A DNA stretch of 64,000 bases from the human T2T-CHM13v2.0 reference genome, Homo sapiens, in assembly GCF_009914755.1 (NCBI RefSeq), contig NC_060935.1; one strand, 5' to 3'. Every line of letters begins with the position of its first letter. The first letter of the stretch is position 1. The notes under the pieces were generated by a model that saw only the letters and a list, made by a program, of their open reading frames with translations, was not told the origin of the DNA and did not search any database. Shown here piece after piece: positions 51,853 to 64,000 of this stretch. Position numbers and translations under genes: made by a program.

Positions 51853-54583
51853 CATTCTCAGAAACCACTTTGGGATGACTGCATCGGACTCACAGAGTTG
51901 GACATTCCTATGGATAGAACAGTTTGTAAACACTCTTTTTGTAGAATGTGCAATCAGAGATTTGGACGGCTTTGAGACCTACGGAAGTAAAGGAAATAAC
52001 TTCACATAAAAACCAAACTGAAGCATTCACAGAAAATTCTTTGGAATGATTGTATTTAACTGAGAGAGCTGAACATTCCTTTAGATGGAGCAGTTTCCAA
52101 ACACACTTTTTGTAGGATATGCAGGTGGATATTCGGACCTCTCTGAGGATTGCGTTGGAAAAGGGATAATCTTCCCAGAACTACACGGAAGCATTCTCCG
52201 AAACTTCTTTGTGATGTTTGCATACCACTCACAGAGTTGAACCTTCCTTTCATAGTTCAGCTTTGAGACACTCTTTTGGTAGAATCTGCAGGTGGATATT
52301 TGGACCACTGTGAGGCCTTCGTTCGAAACGGTTATACCTTCACGTAAAAACTGAAGAGAAGCATTCTCAGAAACTTCTGTGTGACGATTGCATTCAGGTC
52401 ACAGAGTTGAACCCTCCATTTGATTGAGCAGTTTGGAAACTCTCTTTTTGTAGAATCTGTAAGAGGATATGCGGACTTCTTTGAAGATTTCTTTGGAAAG
52501 GGGAATATCTTCATAGAAAAACTAAACTGAAGCATTCTCACAAACTTCTTTGTGATGTTTGTGTTCGAGTCACACAGTTTAACCTCGCTTTTCACAGAGT
52601 GGTTTTGAGACACTCCTTTTGTGGAATCTGCAAGTGGACATGTGGAGCGCTTCCAGGCCTGTGGTGGAAAAGGAAACATCTTCACATAAGAACTAGAGAG
52701 AAGCATTGTCAGAAACTTCTTTGTGTTGATTGCATTCAACTCACAGAGTTGAAGATTCCGTTTGAAACAGCAGTTTCGAAACAGTCTTTCTGTGGGATCG
52801 GCCCGTGGATATTTGGACCTCTTCCAAGATTTCGTTGGAAATGGGATAAACTTCACATAAAAGCTAAACCGAAGCATTCTCAGAAACTTCTTTGTGATGT
52901 TTGCATACAACTCACAGAGTTGAACCTTCCTTTCATAGTTCAGCTTTGAGACAGTCTTTTGGTAGAATCTGCAGGTGGATATTTGGACCACTGTGAGGCC
53001 TTCGTTCGAAACGGGTATACCTTCACGTAAAAACTCAAGAGAAGCATTCTCAGAAACTTCTGTGTGATGATTGCATTCAGGTCACAGAGTTGAACCCTCC
53101 ATTTGATTGAGCAGTTTGGAAACTCTCTTTTTGTAGAATCTGTAAGAGGATATGCGGACTTCTTTGAAGATTTCTTTGGAAAGGGGAATATCTTCACAGA
53201 AAAACTAAACTGAAGCATTCTCACAAACTTCTTTGTGATGTTTGTGTTCGAGTCACACAGTTTAACCTCGCTTTTCACAGAGTGGTTTTGAGACACTCCT
53301 TTTGTAGAATCTGCAAGTGGACATGTGGAGCGCTTCCAGGCCTGTGGTGGAAAAGGAAACATCTTCACATAAGAACTAGAGAGAAGTATTGTCAGAAACT
53401 TCTTTGTGATGATTGCATTCAACTCACAGAGTTGAAGATTCCGTTTGAAACAGCAGTTTCGAAACAGTCTTTCTGTGGGATCGACCCGTGGATATTTGGA
53501 CCTCTTCGAAGATTTCGTTGGAAATGGGATAAACTTCACATAAAAGCTAAACCGAAGCATTCTCAGAAACTTCTTTGTGATGTTTGCATTCACCTCACAG
53601 AGTCGAACTTTCCCTCTGATACAGCACCTTTGAAACGCTCGTTTTCTAGAATCTGCAGGTGGACATTTGGAGGGCTTTGTGGGCTGTGGTGGAAAAGGAA
53701 ATATCTTCTCATAAAAACGACATAGAAGCACTCTCAGAAACGACTCTGTGATGATAGCATTCAACTCACAGAGTTGGACATTCATTCCTTTTGAGAGAGC
53801 AGTTTGGAAACACTCTTTCTGTCGAATCTGCAAGTGGAGATTTGGACCGCTTTGAGGCCTATGGTAGTAAAGGGAAGAACTTCATATAAGAACTAGACAG
53901 TAGCACTCTCAGAAAATTCTTTGTGACGATGGAGTTTAACTCAGAGAGCTGAACATTCGTTTTGATGGAGCAGTCTCCAAACACACTTTTGGTAGAATCT
54001 GCAAGTGGAAATTTGGACTTCTCCGAGGATTTCGTTGGAAAGGGGATAAACTTCCCAGAAGTAATCGGAGGCATTCTCCGAAACTTCTTTGTGATGTTTG
54101 CATTCAACTCACAGGGTTGAACCTTCCTTTCATAGTTCAGCGTTCAAACATTCTTTCTGTAGAATTTGCAAGTGGATATTTGCACCACTTTGTGGCCTTC
54201 CTTCGAAACGGGTATATCTTCACATCAAACCTAGACAGAAGCATTCTCAGAATGTTTCCTGTGAGGACTGCATTCAACTCACAGAGTTGAACAATCCTGT
54301 TGACAGAGCAGTTTCGAAACTCCCTTTCCTTGGAATCTGCAAGTGGATATGTGGACCTCTTTGAAGTTTTCGTTGGAAACGGGTTCATCTTCACATAAAA
54401 ACTAAACAGAAGCATTCTCAGAAACTACTTTGTGATGTTTGTGTTCAACTTCCGGAATTGAACTTTCCTCTGGAAAGAGCAGCTATGAAACGCTCTTTTT
54501 CTAGAATGTGCAAGTGGACATTTGGAGGGCTTTGAGGCCTGCGGTGGAAAGGGAAATATCTTCACATGAAAACTAGATAGAAG
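51853..54583 (+). repeat. 16-mer HOR structural variant (2731 bp): monomers 3-6 duplicated (52192-52874 and 52875-53557)
   Basis: The period rises from 2048 to 2731 (ORFs 51367 and 54098). The extra 683 bp equals monomers 3+4+5+6, and monomer 6 is followed by monomer-3 sequence (CATACAACTC..CTTTGAGACAGTC). Confidence 0.93.
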
Positions 54584-57500
54584 CATTCTCAGAAACCACT
54601 TTGGGATGACTGCATCGGACTCACAGAGTTGGACATTCCTATGGGTAGAACAGTTTGTAAACACTCTTTTTGTAGAATCTGCAATTGGAGATTTGGACGG
54701 CTTTGAGACCTACGGAAGTAAAGGAAATAACTTCACATAAAAACCAAACGGAAGCATTCACAGAAAATTCTTTGCGATGATTGTATTTAACTGAGAGAGC
54801 TGAACATTCCTTTAGATGGAGCAGTTTCCAAACACACTTTTTGTAGGATCTGCAGGTGGATATTCGGACCTCTGTGAAGATTGCGTTGGAAAAGGGATAA
54901 ACTTCCCAGAACTACACGGAAGCATTCTCCGAAACTTCTTTCTGATGTTTGCATACAACTCACAGAGTTCAACCTTCCTTTCATAGTTCAGCTTTGAGAC
55001 AGTCTTTTGGTAGAATCTGCAGGTGGATATTTGGACCACTGTGAGGCCTTCGTTCGAAACGGGTACACCTTCACGTAAAAACTCAAGAGGAGCATTCTCA
55101 GAAACTTCTGTGTGATGATTGCATTCAGGTCACAGAGTTGAACCCTCCATTTGATTGAGCAGTATGGAAACTCTCTTTTTGTAGAATCTGTAAGTGGATA
55201 TGCGGACTTCTTTGAAGATTTCTTTGGAAACGGGAATATCTTCACAGAAAAACTATACTGAAGCATTCTCACAAACTTCTTTGTGATGTTTGTGTTCGAG
55301 TCACACAGTTTAACCTCGCTTTTCACAGAGCGGTTTTGAGACACTCCTTTCGTAGAATCTGCAAGTGGACATGTGGAGCGCTTCCAGGCCTGTGGTGGAA
55401 AAGGAAACATCTTCACATAAGAACTAGAGAGAAGTATTGTCAGAAACTTCTTTGTGATGATTGCATTCAACTCACAGAGTTGAAGATTCCGTTTGAAACA
55501 GCAGTTTCGAAACAGTCTTTCTGTGGGATCGACCCGTGGATATTTGGACCTCTTCGAAGATTTCGTTGGAAATGGGATAAACTTCACATAAAAGCTAAAC
55601 CGAAGCATTCTCAGAAACTTCTTTGTGATGTTTGCATTCACCTCACAGAGTCGAACTTTCCCTCTGATACAGCACCTTTGAAACGCTCGTTTTCTAGAAT
55701 CTGCAGGTGGACATTTGGAGGGCTTTGTGGGCTGTGGTGGAAAAGGAAATATCTTCTCATAAAAACGACATAGAAGCACTCTCAGAAACGACTCTGTGAT
55801 GATAGCATTCAACTCACAGAGTTGGACATTCATTCCTTTTGAGAGAGCAGTTTGGAAACACTCTTTCTGTCGAATCTGCAAGTGGAGATTTGGACCGCTT
55901 TGAGGCCTATGGTAGTAAAGGGAAGAACTTCATATAAGAACTAGACAGTAGCACTCTCAGAAAATTCTTTGTGACGATGGAGTTTAACTCAGAGAGCTGA
56001 ACATTCGTTTTGATGGAGCAGTCTCCAAACACACTTTTGGTAGAATCTGCAAGTGGAAATTTGGACTTCTCCGAGGATTTCGTTGGAAAGGGGATAAACT
56101 TCCCAGAAGTAATCGGAGGCATTCTCCGAAACTTCTTTGTGATGTTTGCATTCAACTCACAGGGTTGAACCTTCCTTTCATAGTTCAGCGTTCAAACATT
56201 CTTTCTGTAGAATTTGCAAGTGGATATTTGCACCACTTTGTGGCCTTCCTTCGAAACGGGTATATCTTCACATCAAACCTAGACAGAAGCATTCTCAGAA
56301 TGTTTCCTGTGAGGACTGCATTCAACTCACAGAGTTGAACAATCCTGTTGACAGAGCAGTTTCGAAACTCCCTTTCCTTGGAATCTGCAAGTGGATATGT
56401 GGACCTCTTTGAAGTTTTCGTTGGAAACGGGTTCATCTTCACATAAAAACTAAACAGAAGCATTCTCAGAAACTACTTTGTGATGTTTGTGTTCAACTTC
56501 CGGAATTGAACTTTCCTCTGGAAAGAGCAGCTATGAAACGCTCTTTTTCTAGAATGTGCAAGTGGACATTTGGAGGGCTTTGAGGCCTGCGGTGGAAAGG
56601 GAAATATCTTCACATGAAAACTAGATAGAAGCATTCTCAGAAACCACTTTGGGATGACTGCATCGGACTCACAGAGTTGGACATTCCTATGGGTAGAACA
56701 GTTTGTAAACACTCTTTTTGTAGAATCTGCAATTGGAGATTTGGACGGCTTTGAGACCTACGGAAGTAAAGGAAATAACTTCACATAAAAACCAAACGGA
56801 AGCATTCACAGAAAATTCTTTGCGATGATTGTATTTAACTGAGAGAGCTGAACATTCCTTTAGATGGAGCAGTTTCCAAACACACTTTTTGTAGGATCTG
56901 CAGGTGGATATTCGGACCTCTGTGAAGATTGCGTTGGAAACGGGATAAACTTCCCAGAACTACACGGAAGCATTCTCCGAAACTTCTTTCTGATGTTTGC
57001 ATACAACTCACAGAGTTCAACCTTCCTTTCATAGTTCAGCTTTGAGACAGTCTTTTGGTAGAATCTGCAGGTGGATATTTGGACCACTGTGAGGCCTTCG
57101 TTCGAAACGGGTACACCTTCACGTAAAAACTCAAGAGGAGCATTCTCAGAAACTTCTGTGTGATGATTGCATTCAGGTCACAGAGTTGAACCCTCCATTT
57201 GATTGAGCAGTATGGAAACTCTCTTTTTGTAGAATCTGTAAGTGGATATGCGGACTTCTTTGAAGATTTCTTTGGAAACGGGAATATCTTCACAGAAAAA
57301 CTATACTGAAGCATTCTCACAAACTTCTTTGTGATGTTTGTGTTCGAGTCACACAGTTTAACCTCGCTTTTCACAGAGCGGTTTTGAGACACTCCTTTCG
57401 TAGAATCTGCAAGTGGACATGTGGAGCGCTTCCAGGCCTGTGGTGGAAAAGGAAACATCTTCACATAAGAACTAGAGAGAAGTATTGTCAGAAACTTCTT

Positions 57501-60500
57501 TGTGATGATTGCATTCAACTCACAGAGTTGAAGATTCCGTTTGAAACAACAGTTTCGAAACAGTCTTTCTGTGGGATCGACCCGTGGATATTTGGACCTC
57601 TTCGAAGATTTCGTTGGAAATGGGATAAACTTCACATAAAAGCTAAACCGAAGCATTCTCAGAAACTTCTTTGTGATGTTTGCATTCACCTCACAGAGTC
57701 GAACTTTCCCTCTGATACAGCACCTTTGAAACGCTCGTTTTCTAGAATCTGCAGGTGGACATTTGGAGGGCTTTGTGGGCTGTGGTGGAAAAGGAAATAT
57801 CTTCTCATAAAAACGACATAGAAGCACTCTCAGAAACGACTCTGTGATGATAGCATTCAACTCACAGAGTTGGACATTCATTCCTTTTGAGAGAGCAGTT
57901 TGGAAACACTCTTTCTGTCGAATCTGCAAGTGGAGATTTGGACCGCTTTGAGGCCTATGGTAGTAAAGGGAAGAACTTCATATAAGAACTAGACAGTAGC
58001 ACTCTCAGAAAATTCTTTGTGACGATGGAGTTTAACTCAGAGAGCTGAACATTCGTTTTGATGGAGCAGTCTCCAAACACACTTTTGGTAGAATCTGCAA
58101 GTGGAAATTTGGACTTCTCCGAGGATTTCGTTGGAAAGGGGATAAACTTCCCAGAAGTAATCGGAGGCATTCTCCGAAACTTCTTTGTGATGTTTGCATT
58201 CAACTCACAGGGTTGAACCTTCCTTTCATAGTTCAGCGTTCAAACATTCTTTCTGTAGAATTTGCAAGTGGATATTTGCACCACTTTGTGGCCTTCCTTC
58301 GAAACGGGTATATCTTCACATCAAACCTAGACAGAAGCATTCTCAGAATGTTTCCTGTGAGGACTGCATTCAACTCACAGAGTTGAACAATCCTGTTGAC
58401 AGAGCAGTTTCGAAACTCCCTTTCCTTGGAATCTGCAAGTGGATATGTGGACCTCTTTGAAGTTTTCGTTGGAAACGGGTTCATCTTCACATAAAAACTA
58501 AACAGAAGCATTCTCAGAAACTACTTTGTGATGTTTGTGTTCAACTTCCGGAATTGAACTTTCCTCTGGAAAGAGCAGCTATGAAACGCTCTTTTTCTAG
58601 AATGTGCAAGTGGACATTTGGAGGGCTTTGAGGCCTGCGGTGGAAAGGGAAATATCTTCACATGAAAACTAGATAGAAGCATTCTCAGAAACCACTTTGG
58701 GATGACTGCATCGGACTCACAGAGTTGGACATTCCTATGGGTAGAACAGTTTGTAAACACTCTTTTTGTAGAATCTGCAATTGGAGATTTGGACGGCTTT
58801 GAGACCTACGGAAGTAAAGGAAATAACTTCACATAAAAACCAAACGGAAGCATTCACAGAAAATTCTTTGCGATGATTGTATTTAACTGAGAGAGCTGAA
58901 CATTCCTTTAGATGGAGCAGTTTCCAAACACACTTTTTGTAGGATCTGCAGGTGGATATTCGGACCTCTCTGAAGATTGCGTTGGAAACGGGATAAACTT
59001 CCCAGAACTACACGGAAGCATTCTCCGAAACTTCTTTCTGATGTTTGCATACAACTCACAGAGTTCAACCTTCCTTTCATAGTTCAGCTTTGAGACAGTC
59101 TTTTGGTAGAATCTGCAGGTGGATATTTGGACCACTGTGAGGCCTTCGTTCGAAACGGGTACACCTTCACGTAAAAACTCAAGAGGAGCATTCTCAGAAA
59201 CTTCTGTGTGATGATTGCATTCAGGTCACAGAGTTGAACCCTCCATTTGATTGAGCAGTATGGAAACTCTCTTTTTGTAGAATCTGTAAGTGGATATGCG
59301 GACTTCTTTGAAGATTTCTTTGGAAACGGGAATATCTTCACAGAAAAACTATACTGAAGCATTCTCACAAACTTCTTTGTGATGTTTGTGTTCGAGTCAC
59401 ACAGTTTAACCTCGCTTTTCACAGAGCGGTTTTGAGACACTCCTTTCGTAGAATCTGCAAGTGGACATGTGGAGCGCTTCCAGGCCTGTGGTGGAAAAGG
59501 AAACATCTTCACATAAGAACTAGAGAGAAGTATTGTCAGAAACTTCTTTGTGATGATTGCATTCAACTCACAGAGTTGAAGATTCCGTTTGAAACAGCAG
59601 TTTCGAAACAGTCTTTCTGTGGGATCGACCCGTGGATATTTGGACCTCTTCGAAGATTTCGTTGGAAATGGGATAAACTTCACATAAAAGCTAAACCGAA
59701 GCATTCTCAGAAACTTCTTTGTGATGTTTGCATTCACCTCACAGAGTCGAACTTTCCCTCTGATACAGCACCTTTGAAACGCTCGTTTTCTAGAATCTGC
59801 AGGTGGACATTTGGAGGGCTTTGTGGGCTGTGGTGGAAAAGGAAATATCTTCTCATAAAAACGACATAGAAGCACTCTCAGAAACGACTCTGTGATGATA
59901 GCATTCAACTCACAGAGTTGGACATTCATTCCTTTTGAGAGAGCAGTTTGGAAACACTCTTTCTGTCGAATCTGCAAGTGGAGATTTGGACCGCTTTGAG
60001 GCCTATGGTAGTAAAGGGAAGAACTTCATATAAGAACTAGACAGTAGCACTCTCAGAAAATTCTTTGTGACGATGGAGTTTAACTCAGAGAGCTGAACAT
60101 TCGTTTTGATGGAGCAGTCTCCAAACACACTTTTGGTAGAATCTGCAAGTGGAAATTTGGACTTCTCCGAGGATTTCGTTGGAAAGGGGATAAACTTCCC
60201 AGAAGTAATCGGAGGCATTCTCCGAAACTTCTTTGTGATGTTTGCATTCAACTCACAGGGTTGAACCTTCCTTTCATAGTTCAGCGTTCAAACATTCTTT
60301 CTGTAGAATTTGCAAGTGGATATTTGCACCACTTTGTGGCCTTCCTTCGAAACGGGTATATCTTCACATCAAACCTAGACAGAAGCATTCTCAGAATGTT
60401 TCCTGTGAGGACTGCATTCAACTCACAGAGTTGAACAATCCTGTTGACAGAGCAGTTTCGAAACTCCCTTTCCTTGGAATCTGCAAGTGGATATGTGGAC

Positions 60501-62300
60501 CTCTTTGAAGTTTTCGTTGGAAACGGGTTCATCTTCACATAAAAACTAAACAGAAGCATTCTCAGAAACTACTTTGTGATGTTTGTGTTCAACTTCCGGA
60601 ATTGAACTTTCCTCTGGAAAGAGCAGCTATGAAACGCTCTTTTTCTAGAATGTGCAAGTGGACATTTGGAGGGCTTTGAGGCCTGCGGTGGAAAGGGAAA
60701 TATCTTCACATGAAAACTAGATAGAAGCATTCTCAGAAACCACTTTGGGATGACTGCATCGGACTCACAGAGTTGGACATTCCTATGGGTAGAACAGTTT
60801 GTAAACACTCTTTTTGTAGAATCTGCAATTGGAGATTTGGACGGCTTTGAGACCTACGGAAGTAAAGGAAATAACTTCACATAAAAACCAAACGGAAGCA
60901 TTCACAGAAAATTCTTTGCGATGATTGTATTTAACTGAGAGAGCTGAACATTCCTTTAGATGGAGCAGTTTCCAAACACACTTTTTGTAGGATCTGCAGG
61001 TGGATATTCGGACCTCTCTGAGGATTGCGTTGGAAACGGGATAAACTTCCCAGAACTACACGGAAGCATTCTCCGAAACTTCTTTCTGATGTTTGCATAC
61101 AACTCACAGAGTTCAACCTTCCTTTCATAGTTCAGCTTTGAGACAGTCTTTTGGTAGAATCTGCAGGTGGATATTTGGACCACTGTGAGGCCTTCGTTCG
61201 AAACGGGTACACCTTCACGTAAAAACTCAAGAGGAGCATTCTCAGAAACTTCTGTGTGATGATTGCATTCAGGTCACAGAGTTGAACCCTCCATTTGATT
61301 GAGCAGTATGGAAACTCTCTTTTTGTAGAATCTGTAAGTGGATATGCGGACTTCTTTGAAGATTTCTTTGGAAACGGGAATATCTTCACAGAAAAACTAT
61401 ACTGAAGCATTCTCACAAACTTCTTTGTGATGTTTGTGTTCGAGTCACACAGTTTAACCTCGCTTTTCACAGAGCGGTTTTGAGACACTCCTTTCGTAGA
61501 ATCTGCAAGTGGACATGTGGAGCGCTTCCATGCCTGTGGTGGAAAAGGAAACATCTTCACATAAGAACTAGAGAGAAGTATTGTCAGAAACTTCTTTGTG
61601 ATGATTGCATTCAACTCACAGAGTTGAAGATTCCGTTTGAAACAGCAGTTTCGAAACAGTCTTTCTGTGGGATCGACCCGTGGATATTTGGACCTCTTCG
61701 AAGATTTCGTTGGAAATGGGATAAACTTCACATAAAAGCTAAACCGAAGCATTCTCAGAAACTTCTTTGTGATGTTTGCATTCACCTCACAGAGTCGAAC
61801 TTTCCCTCTGATACAGCACCTTTGAAACGCTCGTTTTCTAGAATCTGCAGGTGGACATTTGGAGGGCTTTGTGGGCTGTGGTGGAAAAGGAAATATCTTC
61901 TCATAAAAACGACATAGAAGCACTCTCAGAAACGACTCTGTGATGATAGCATTCAACTCACAGAGTTGGACATTCATTCCTTTTGAGAGAGCAGTTTGGA
62001 AACACTCTTTCTGTCGAATCTGCAAGTGGAGATTTGGACCGCTTTGAGGCCTATGGTAGTAAAGGGAAGAACTTCATATAAGAACTAGACAGTAGCACTC
62101 TCAGAAAATTCTTTGTGACGATGGAGTTTAACTCAGAGAGCTGAACATTCGTTTTGATGGAGCAGTCTCCAAACACACTTTTGGTAGAATCTGCAAGTGG
62201 AAATTTGGACTTCTCCGAGGATTTCGTTGGAAAGGGGATAAACTTCCCAGAAGTAATCGGAGGCATTCTCCGAAACTTCTTTGTGATGTTTGCATTCAAC
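53400..62300 (+). repeat. Recently homogenised block of near-identical 12-mer HORs; ends approximate
   Basis: Identical 297-aa translations at 54988, 57036, 59084, 61132; shared private markers GATCGACCCG, GTGGGCTGTG, AAACATTCTTTCTGTAGAATTTG, ATGGGTAGAA. Confidence 0.9.
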
Positions 62301-64000
62301 TCACAGGGTTGAACATTCCTTTCATAGTTCAGCGTTCAAACACTCTTTCTGTAGAATCTGCAAGTGGATATTTGCACCACTTTGTGGCCTTCCTTCGAAA
62401 CGGGTATATCTTCACATCAAACCTAGACAGAAGCATTCTCAGAATGTTTCCTGTGAGGACTGCATTCAACTCACAGAGTTGAACAATCCTGTTGACAGAG
62501 CAGTTTCGAAACTCCCTTTCCTTGGAATCTGCAAGTGGATATGTGGACCTCTTTGAAGTTTTCGTTGGAAACGGGTTCATCTTCACATAAAAACTAAACA
62601 GAAGCATTCTCAGAAACTACTTTGTGATGTTTGTGTTCAACTTCCGGAATTGAACTTTCCTCTGGAAAGAGCAGCTATGAAACGCTCTTTTTCTAGAATG
62701 TGCAAGTGGACATTTGGAGGGCTTTGAGGCCTGCGTTGGAAAGGGAAATATCTTCACATGAAAACTAGATAGAAGCATTCTCAGAAACCACTTTGGGATG
62801 ACTGCATCGGACTCACAGAGTTGGACATTCCTATGGATAGAACAGTTTGTAAACACTCTTTTTGTAGAATCTGCAATTGGAGATTTGGACGGCTTTGAGA
62901 CCTACGGAAGTAAAGGAAATAACTTCACATAAAAACCAAACGGAAGCATTCACAGAAAATTCTTTGCGATGATTGTATTTAACTGAGAGAGCTGAACATT
63001 CCTTTAGATGGAGCAGTTTCCAAACACACTTTTTGTAGGATCTGCAGGTGGATATTCGGACCTCTCTGAGGATTGCGTTGGAAACGGGATAAACTTCCCA
63101 GAACTACACGGAAGCATTCTCCGAAACTTCTTTCTGATGTTTGCATACAACTCACAGAGTTCAACCTTCCTTTCATAGTTCAGCTTTGAGACAGTCTTTT
63201 GGTAGAATCTGCAGGTGGATATTTGGACCACTGTGAGGCCTTCGTTCGAAATGGGTACACCTTCACGTAAAAACTCAAGAGGAGCATTCTCAGAAACTTC
63301 TGTGTGATGATTGCATTCAGGTCACAGAGTTGAACCCTCCATTTGATTGAGCAGTATGGAAACTCTCTTTTTGTAGAATCTGTAAGAGGATATGCGGACT
63401 TCTTTGAAGATTTCTTTGGAAACGGGAATATCTTCACAGAAAAACTATACTGAAGCATTCTCACAAACTTCTTTGTGATGTTTGTGTTCGAGTCACACAG
63501 TTTAACCTCGCTTTTCACAGAGCGGTTTTGAGACACTCCTTTCGTAGAATCTGCAAGTGGACATGTGGAGCGCTTCCAGGCCTGTGGTGGAAAAGGAAAC
63601 ATCTTCACATAAGAACTAGAGAGAAGTATTGTCAGAAACTTCTTTGTGATGATTGCATTCAACTCACAGAGTTGAAGATTCCGTTTGAAACAGCAGTTTC
63701 GAAACACTCTTTCTGTGGGATCGGCCCGTGGATATTTGGGCCTCTTCGAAGATTTCGTTGGAAATGGGATAAACTTCACATAAAAGCTAAACCGAAGCAT
63801 TCTCAGAAACTTCTTTGTGATGTTTGCATTCACCTCACAGAGTCGAACTTTCCCTCTGATACAGCACCTTTGAAACGCTCGTTTTCTAGAATCTGCAGGT
63901 GGACATTTGGAGGGCTTTGTGGGCTGTGGTGGAAAAGGAAATATCTTCTCATAAAAACGACATAGAAGCACTCTCAGAAACGACTCTGTGATGATAGCAT

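Larger units (their letters stand above)
39565..64000 (+). repeat. Alpha-satellite 12-mer HOR array (2048-bp unit), SF3; probably a flanking, inactive HOR array of the same centromere
   Basis: Units start at 39565, 41613, 43661, 45709, 47757, 49805, 51853 (16-mer), 54584, 56632, 58680, 60728, 62776 (partial). Monomer lengths 171,168,170,171,171,171,171,175,168,170,171,171 = 2048. Order W5-W1-W2-W3-W4-W3-W4-W5-W1-W2-W3-W4, assigned from A/B-box type and similarity to the pentamer monomers. Inactive status is inference. Confidence 0.92.

Noticed and set aside
39969-63971. Up to 297-aa minus-strand ORFs repeated every 2048 bp
   Set aside because: These are stop-free runs over 171-bp (57-codon) monomers with internal periodic motifs such as YPxADST and PFP. 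They are truncated in several copies, and their identity in 55-62 kb reflects recent DNA duplication rather than coding constraint.
1-64000. CRISPR-like or other repeat-spacer system
   Set aside because: There are no unique spacers; the whole sequence is tandem homologous monomers with no adjacent genes.
39565-64000. Calling the 12-mer array DXZ1 itself
   Set aside because: The unit is 2048 bp rather than the ~2057 bp I recall for DXZ1, has few intact CENP-B boxes, and directly adjoins and shares diagnostic monomers with a D11Z1-type pentamer.
1-64000. Inversions or L1/Alu insertions within the arrays
   Set aside because: Monomer orientation is constant and the length arithmetic of both arrays closes exactly, leaving no room for inserted sequence.

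Overview
The whole window is primate (most likely human) centromeric alpha-satellite DNA: ~171-bp monomers, all in one orientation, with no genes or transposon insertions that I could see. It spans a sharp boundary between two suprachromosomal-family-3 (SF3, W1-W5 monomer) higher-order-repeat (HOR) arrays. (1) 1-39564 is an 850-bp pentamer HOR with one XbaI site and two intact CENP-B boxes per unit, matching the chromosome 11 array D11Z1; from position 126 it holds 44 pentamers plus three 679-bp tetramer deletion variants. (2) 39565-64000 is a 2048-bp 12-mer HOR (W5 W1 W2 W3 W4 W3 W4 W5 W1 W2 W3 W4) with only two intact CENP-B boxes per unit: ten full 12-mers, one 2731-bp 16-mer variant and a final partial copy. 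All listed ORFs are artefacts of the repeat. I found no new gene-based system. The interesting content is array evolution: the pentamer looks like a 7-monomer deletion derivative of the adjacent 12-mer, the junction can be resolved to a few bases, deletion breakpoints lie inside the CENP-B box, multi-HOR duplications are nested, and the youngest 12-mer block shows a stepwise SNP ladder. All counts were made by eye. The chromosome assignment and W1-W5 labels are from recall of the family, not from a database search.
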